Below, one piece after another: positions 57,978-64,000 of a stretch of 64,000 nucleotides of DNA; position 1 is the stretch's first letter, and the number at the start of each line of letters is the position of its first letter. The notes beneath the pieces were generated by a model. That model worked only from the letters and a program-made list of their open reading frames with translations, was not told the origin of the DNA and did not search any database. The stretch spans positions 372,001-436,000 of the forward strand of contig NW_015167536.1 of assembly GCF_001447785.1 (NCBI RefSeq). The letters run 5' to 3'. Position numbers and translations under genes: made by a program. The DNA is from Gekko japonicus. Lineage: Eukaryota.

Positions 57978-59114
57978 GATAGAAGCTATATTTAATAATT
58001 TAAAAAGACTTAGGAACCCAGGGATGGGAGTCTTCAAGCACCAGGAGAAAGATAAGCAGATTTTCAAGAGCAGAGGTGGTACTTTCTTCTCCTTACAAAA
58101 CATCTGGAACAGCGAAAGTTTCCCAAAGGCCCTCATGATAAAACCATCCATATCAACCTGACCTACCCTGCTGACCAGTCCTACCATTCTCAACTAATCC
58201 AATCGTGTACATTCCTGTGGTAAAACAAGTACCTTCACAAAGTCAATTGAAGTCAATGGAAAGTGATCTGGAGGAAGAGCTGCTTACCCGACCCCAGCGG
58301 TTCTGTTCAGTGGGGGTTTTAAGCAGATGTAGAAATGGGTTCTTTGTCAAGAAGGTCTTGTTTCTATCTGAACCATTAAGATTTGGGGAATGGGAGAAAG
58401 GGGAAAGGAAGAGAAGGAAACGTACCCAGTCCTTTGAAGGTCTGTCGAGGAATTCAAAGCTATGATATACGCACGCTAGGTTGCCTCAAGAACTGTTCAA
58501 CATTTCAGGAAAGGCCCAGCCAAGGAAAAGGAAAAGCTAGTTTGTGAAGACAGTAGAGACAGACAAATGGAATATACACAACTCAAAGTACTTCACACAC
58601 AGACAGACACACACACACACCGGGAAACAAGATTTGCCATTGTTTATACGAAACTATGTCTGCCGCAATCCTGTGCATATTTGTTCCCAAATAAAAGCTT
58701 CCTTACAACCCCAGGGACTCCCTTCCAACTCGAGTTTGAGGACTGATAAGGGAGACCCATTGATCTGAAGAAAACTCAAGAAATCCAGGAACAGTGAAAG
58801 TTTGGACTTAGCATTTTTTTGGCTTCTAAGAATAGTTAGCTCCCCCATTGGACTCAGTGGGATTTCCCAGAGGTTCACTGTGGTTGAATCGTGTCTCAAG
58901 GTTTTTTTTTTTTGGGGGGGGGGGGTTTAGCTTGACAAAGGGAATGGGTTAAAATCAAGGGTTTTCACCCCCTGTACTTGAGATATTTTTGAAACAAACC
59001 AACAGTCGGTTGGGGGCGAAAGTTGGACGAGAATCGCACAAGAAAAAGGCACCTTTGAAAGCTCCTTTCTGCAACGCCAAACCTGGCCTTAATTTGTTGA
59101 AGTATTATTTAACG

Positions 59115-59120
59115 TTTATT
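59115..59120 (-). terminator. Probable HoxC5 polyadenylation signal
   Basis: AATAAA on the minus strand at the end of an AU-rich tract ~1.3 kb past the stop. A proximal AATAAA also occurs at 60184-60189. Confidence 0.55.
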
Positions 59121-60396
59121 CAATATGACAAAATATATATGTTCCATGGTTTTTCCACATATGAAATTACAACCAATAAATATATGGAATACGACATAGC
59201 GGAAAGGAATGGGGGACGTGGCTAGGGTGGTCTACAGGTAAACAAAAGGTGTACATTTGTATGAAAATTCAGCATATTTTGAGTTGTTGTTTTTTTTTGC
59301 AAGGCTACATTAATTACGCGACAAATAAATACACAGGAATATTTAAGTCGAGAGACTTCGCGCTCTTCTCCCCTCCCCCCGCCCACTCCCCAACAGTGCT
59401 TTAATATTTTTGCACAAATATCTCCCTGGGGATACGCTAAAGCAGATTTGTTCATTGTCCATTCACTTTTCTTTCATATGCAAATAATACAAAAATAAGT
59501 CAGTGAGGGGGGGGAGATAATAAAATTAAACACACACACACACAAATACCTCCCCCCCAAACTCGTCTCTTCGCGAGCATGTACCCCCCCACACACACAC
59601 ACAACATTTCAGGTTAAGTGCATCCAGGAAGCCACATTCGTGGCCACTTCCAATCCTCCTCAAAAGTAAAAAACAGGGTCTCTCACACTCGGAGCATGCT
59701 GCTCGACCCCAGGCACGTTTACTCGGAAGTAAGTCTCCACGGAGTCCAGTGGGACTCGCCTGCACTTTCACGTGTGCCCAAAGGACTGTAGTTTTCCATC
59801 CCATTGGACTTGGATGGGCATCTCCAAGGAGACGACTTCCGAGTTCTGGTGCTGTGGAACTGAGTCCTGAGGACTTTCCCAAAGTCCTGAAGATTCTCCC
59901 CCCCCCTCCCCACCCCACTTTTAAAACTCATAACTTGGCCTTCGGGATCCTTTCGTTCGCTTATGATAACGCTGGACTCGTAGTGATGGGGAGGAAGGCT
60001 GGTCGAATGTCACCCAACTCAACTCCGAGATGGGTTGTGGTTTGACCCGGCAGGTTTCCCAAGTTTCCCCACCCTTCGGCAAGTTAGAGACCGCGGCTTG
60101 GTCAGGAGTCCTCCAGAGGAGCTTTAAGAATGGGTTCTACTAGAAGCTAAAGACCTGGGGGGTGGGAGTGGGGTGGGGGAAGCTTTATTTTGCATACTAA
60201 TCAGAAAACGCCTTTGTCTGATAGATCTGCCAGAGTAAAAGAAGCTCAGTCCAGTCCGCAGCCCCCCCCTTCCCCGCCCTTTCCTACTCTTCCCTCCAAA
60301 GGGGGGGAAAATAAAGTTTTGTCAAGGTAGGTTGACCACTCTTGTCACCACGAAGTGACTCCCCCCCCCGCCCCCCGCCCCGTCCCAGGCTTCTAC

Positions 60397-60611
60397 CTAG
60401 AGGGCTTCTTTGCTTTTCATTTTGGAATCTTTCTTCCATTTCATCCGCCGGTTTTGAAACCATATTTTGATCTGCCTTTCATTCAAACACAGGTTGTTGG
60501 CAATCTCTATGCGCCTCCGGCGGGTGAGATATCTGTTAAAATGAAATTCTTTTTCTAGTTCCAGAGTTTGGTAGCGAGTGTAGCTGGTTCTGGAGCGTTT
60601 GCCGTCTGCTT
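60397..60611 (-). CDS. HOXC5: Homeobox protein Hox-C5, exon 2 (homeodomain)
   Basis: Acceptor tttttccag|AA. Encodes [70 protein letters not shown], diagnostic of HoxC5. Confidence 0.98.
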
Positions 60612-61144
60612 CTGGAAAAATAAAAGACACCAGGTTGTTGGTTGGTTGTGTTTTTTTTTAAAGCACAAAACAAACAAACCGTGAAGTTGTTTGTTTGTGT
60701 TTTTTAATTGGGGGGGGGGAGCGTAGGAAAGGCCAAAAAGAATGAGGGAGATTCTTTGGTTTTACATAGTTTTCAAAATGTTTCCTGGTAGATCCGGGGA
60801 AGAGGGTGTATTTTCCAATACATGCTTGCTGAAGTTTGGAGTTCAGCATAAGGTTAACTCCCCCCCCCCCCCGGAAATTATTTTTACTCAGGCCACGAGA
60901 AAAGTCCCTCTGAGAACGGTAATATCACACCTAGCCGTCCATTTCCTGGGCTACGAAAAGTCACGCCTTATGGAATAAACGTGGCAAGGTTTTTTTGAAA
61001 TCCGTAAACTCCCCCCCCTTCAAGAATGCTCAGCCTTTCCATGCTATTTCCCACCCTTAAAAAAAAAAAAAACAACCCTTTCCTTCTTCTCTACCCCACC
61101 CCCCCAAACGGAATATTGCCTTTATACCCGTTTTGTTTCTATGA

Positions 61145-61300
61145 TCCAATTATGCCGTCATAAATTTGGGCGTATATAGCCTCTAAGCCTTTTAGAGGAC
61201 AGTTTTACGAGCAATTGATGCCTTAGTCGTAAAATTTACGACCCCAGGTTTTTTTCCCCCCCTTATTATTTGCCCCGTATGGCCTATAAAACCCAGGCAA
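61145..61300 (-). promoter_or_regulatory. Conserved Hox5 intron element (clustered TTTAT/TTTAC sites)
   Basis: Minus strand GGTTTTATAGGCC..GGTCGTAAATTTTACGAC..CAATTGCTCGTAAAAC..AATTTATGAC. Includes the near-palindrome GTCGTAAAATTTACGAC. Confidence 0.65.
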
Positions 61301-61454
61301 ATCCTGTGAAACNNNNNNNNNNNNNNNNNNNNNNNNNNNNNNNNNNNNNNNNNNNNNNNNNNNNNNNNNNNNNNNNNNNNNNNNNNNNNNNNNNNNNNNN
61401 NNNNNNNNNNNNNNNNNNNNNNNNNNNNNNNNNNNNNNNNNNNNNNNNNNNNNN

Positions 61455-61873
61455 CTATGCTGGGCGGTCTGCCCCGGTTCACTCTTGATTTCCCCATTGC
61501 TCTTAGCTCTATCTTCCATCGGCGTGGAGGAAGAGGAGGAGGTGGTGGTGGTGGTGGTGTTACCAGTTTTCTGGCTGTAAATTCCTGGGTTTAGAGAAGT
61601 CTGGTCGTCTCTCCCTAAAGTGTGCCCTGAAGATCCCATGACTGTACAGGAAGGTCGGTCGGGGTTAGTTCTGGGGGTTGAAGACATGTCCACACCGCTC
61701 AGAGAGTTGGAAGCCCCAGATGAAGGGAATGTAATGCTCAGATCCAGCCCACTGTAGCAATACCTGGATGGCTGAACCTCAGACACTGATCCATAATTCC
61801 CATAACTTTGCATGGCATAAGCTGGAACATTTGGATTTTGCTTATAGAACGAATTGGCTACGTAGGAACTCAT
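61455..61873 (-). CDS. HOXC5: Homeobox protein Hox-C5, exon 1 (3' end, YPWM and donor inside N gap 61313-61454)
   Basis: MSSYVANSFYKQNPNVPAYAMQSYGNYGSVSEVQPSRYCYSGLDLSITFP..., the HoxC5 N-terminus. Confidence 0.96.
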
Positions 61874-61899
61874 GTCAGGAATTATATTCCCCCCACTCC

Positions 61900-61932
<33 letters not shown>

Positions 61933-62099
61933 ACTCACTCTCTCTCTCCCTCTCTCTTTCTCTCACACCCCTTTGATTAGGCTTGATTTGTGGCCCTTTT
62001 GAAGTTCAGGGTTTTTTGTTCTCTAAAGTGCAGAATTTATAGGTGGGGATTCTTCTTTTCTTTATTCTATGTGCGCTGCCCAAATATGGAATGTTTAAA

Positions 62100-62165
62100 T
62101 AGAATCACGTGACGGTGTTGGCCAGTCATAAATTTGGCTTGATGACCCCAGGAGGTTATTGATGG
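62100..62165 (-). promoter_or_regulatory. HoxC5 proximal promoter (E-box plus Hox/Cdx-type site)
   Basis: TCACGTGA E-box and minus-strand AATTTATGAC about 230-270 bp upstream of the ATG. Confidence 0.65.
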
Positions 62166-62252
62166 AAGCCCGTGAAACGTATGTGATATGTTGGCATAGC
62201 GAAGAAGAAGAAAAAAAGGCCCCACACTCAAAACACCGAGACAATGAGACTA

Positions 62253-62271
62253 TAGCGTCACCTGGTGCCGG
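62253..62271 (-). promoter_or_regulatory. Candidate CTCF site at the HoxC5|HoxC6 boundary
   Basis: Minus strand CCGGCACCAGGTGACGCTA differs at 2 positions from the consensus CCACCAGGTGGCGCTA. Position is consistent with the known mammalian C5|6 boundary. Confidence 0.45.
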
Positions 62272-62919
62272 GTCTGGGGTATGACGTTTCATAAAATACT
62301 ACCCCTCCGTTTAACGCTCCAAGGCTTAAGGGTGTGAAACAACTCAATACGCAGAAACGCCCTTAAGCCTTCCTAAGACTGGAAGGCGAGAGCTCGGGTC
62401 CCGTCCGCAGCTATTCGCAGGGATTTTTTTTGCCATTGATGTAGATAATGTGAAATATGGCCGTGAGCAGAAACGCGTGTTATCATATTTCCTCATGTGT
62501 GTAGCCCGGATATGAGAAGAACTGTTTTGTTGTGTACATGTGTTGGGTGTGTGTTGAGCGCGCGCGCATCTCAGCTCCAGATAGGTGCCGTGATTTAGCA
62601 CAGACATCATTCAGCAAGAGAGCTGGGTTCGAATTCTCTTTAGTTGAGGGAGAGGCCATAGGGACCTAGACATGGGCTGTGTCACCGGCAATGCTCTCAG
62701 TAGGCTTTACGTGTGTTCAGATGTGGCTGGTTGTACATGCATGTGCAATGCGGGCTTCACATGCATGCATGTATAATTGATCAACAGATCTGCTTTTTTA
62801 AAAAAAAAACACTCATCCATATGCAGCAGATGGAAACCCGGGCTAGATTAATCTTCTGGTCTCCGTGTGAAGTATCTGTGAGCCGTGTTGATATCTGTGT
62901 GGCTGCGTGTGCGTGTATC

Positions 62920-62990
62920 CAATGGCGGTTGTGAATCAAATTGGCCCGGTCATAAATCAACTTTTGTGCCGTGGGTGAATCAAATAAACA
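62920..62990 (-). promoter_or_regulatory. Pbx/Hox-type site cluster between HoxC6 and HoxC5
   Basis: Minus strand TGATTTATGA plus two TTTGATTCAC copies. Confidence 0.45.
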
Positions 62991-64000
62991 CACACCTTGT
63001 CTCTCCTCTATATGGTCTGTACGCGGGCACGTGAGAAGCCTGTTTATAAAGCTCCCCCCCCCCTTTCTTTTTTGGTAACACAGAAAAGGTATGTGTTCAC
63101 ATTTCCCTTGCCCCTTTCAAACCTGAGAGTGGCTTTACCCGGCAAATTTCGAGAAATCAAATGCCTTCCTTTTGAGTGTTTAGGAAAACGCCTGAAAACA
63201 TAACAGGATTCCCCCCCCCCCTTTAACTGTGGGGTTTTAACCCCTGGAGGGACCGAGTGTAAACCTAGTTCCGCTCACTTCTGCTCCGATTTTTACATAG
63301 CGTTCGAGGTGTGTGTGTGACTTTAAAACCTCCTCTAGCCCTGCATCTGAAATCTCTTGCACTCTTTTAGAGGCCTTTATATAATCTTTAGCTATTTCCC
63401 CCCCTTTTTTTCTTTTTTTAGACAGGCCTGTAGCCCAAACGTTTAACAGGGAGGAAAGGAACGTGTTTTTATGTACCTATATGTATATCTCGATAAAAGA
63501 TATATTTACTGTACATATTAGATAATCTCATTAAAAATTTTAGTTCTCTCTCTTATACACACGCAGGAAATAAGAAAGAAACAGGGACTCTCTCTCTCTC
63601 CCTCTGTCTATGTCTCCCTCTCAGACACACAGACACACAAACACACAGAGAGAGAATACAACATGTCTACTGATACATACACACCCTAAGACAAACTGGA
63701 AGGGGCTGGCGAGGAACAGAGACGAGAAATTAACAAACGACGTGTATGCTAACCGGGCTTTTGTTTAATTCAGTTGGAGCCTCGGTGGTTTACTGCAACA
63801 TATCAAGAGGCAGCCCGGGCTCCCTAGCCAGTGGGTATACTTAGAAACAAGGATTTCGCTTTCCGATTTGTATGTGTTTCTAAGGTGCCTGTGAGCTAAA
63901 CAGAAGGCGCAAGACAATTCCCGACCCAGCGTCACAATGCCACATGAATGGGTGCAATTGCACACTAGGGTATTTATGGCCAACTGAACTTTTTTTTTTA

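Noticed and set aside
60612-61312. miR-615 in the HoxC5 intron
   Set aside because: No matching hairpin seen; miR-615 is known as eutherian-specific.
63400-64000. HoxC6 3' end
   Set aside because: The AU-rich tract at ~63460-63560 could be the HoxC6 3' UTR by position, but no coding sequence or canonical AATAAA supports a call.
1-64000. CRISPR array or prokaryotic system
   Set aside because: Vertebrate DNA; no regularly spaced repeat-spacer structure seen.

Overview
Vertebrate genomic DNA, most likely a squamate reptile and probably a gecko (inferred from Squam3-like and 5S-derived SINEs, hAT MITE families and Penelope ends). The window covers the 3' end of the HoxC cluster, which is transcribed on the minus strand. 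It contains HoxC5 (61873..60397, 2 exons), a miR-10c hairpin (38031..38100) and HoxC4 (~35953..34463, 2 exons); both first exons are partly hidden in N gaps. Conserved Hox cis-elements are recognisable: two DR5 RAREs flanking HoxC4, a CR3-like element, the HB-1 intron element, Pbx/Hox sites and a candidate C5|6 CTCF site. I see no intact HoxC3 or HoxC1 in the 34 kb 3' of HoxC4. That region does keep the Hox4/Hox3 shared regulatory scaffold, CpG-rich patches and two weak coding vestiges (a Hox3-type MKETR motif and a decayed homeobox-like stretch), which suggests an orphaned HoxC3/HoxC1 locus. Positions 1..~13.8 kb are CpG-poor and TE-dense. Other notable items are a duplicated Pbx/Hox module bracketing miR-10c, a 50-bp dispersed repeat next to tetranucleotide microsatellites, Penelope hammerhead motifs and TE insertions inside the cluster. 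Almost all other ORFs in the track look spurious.
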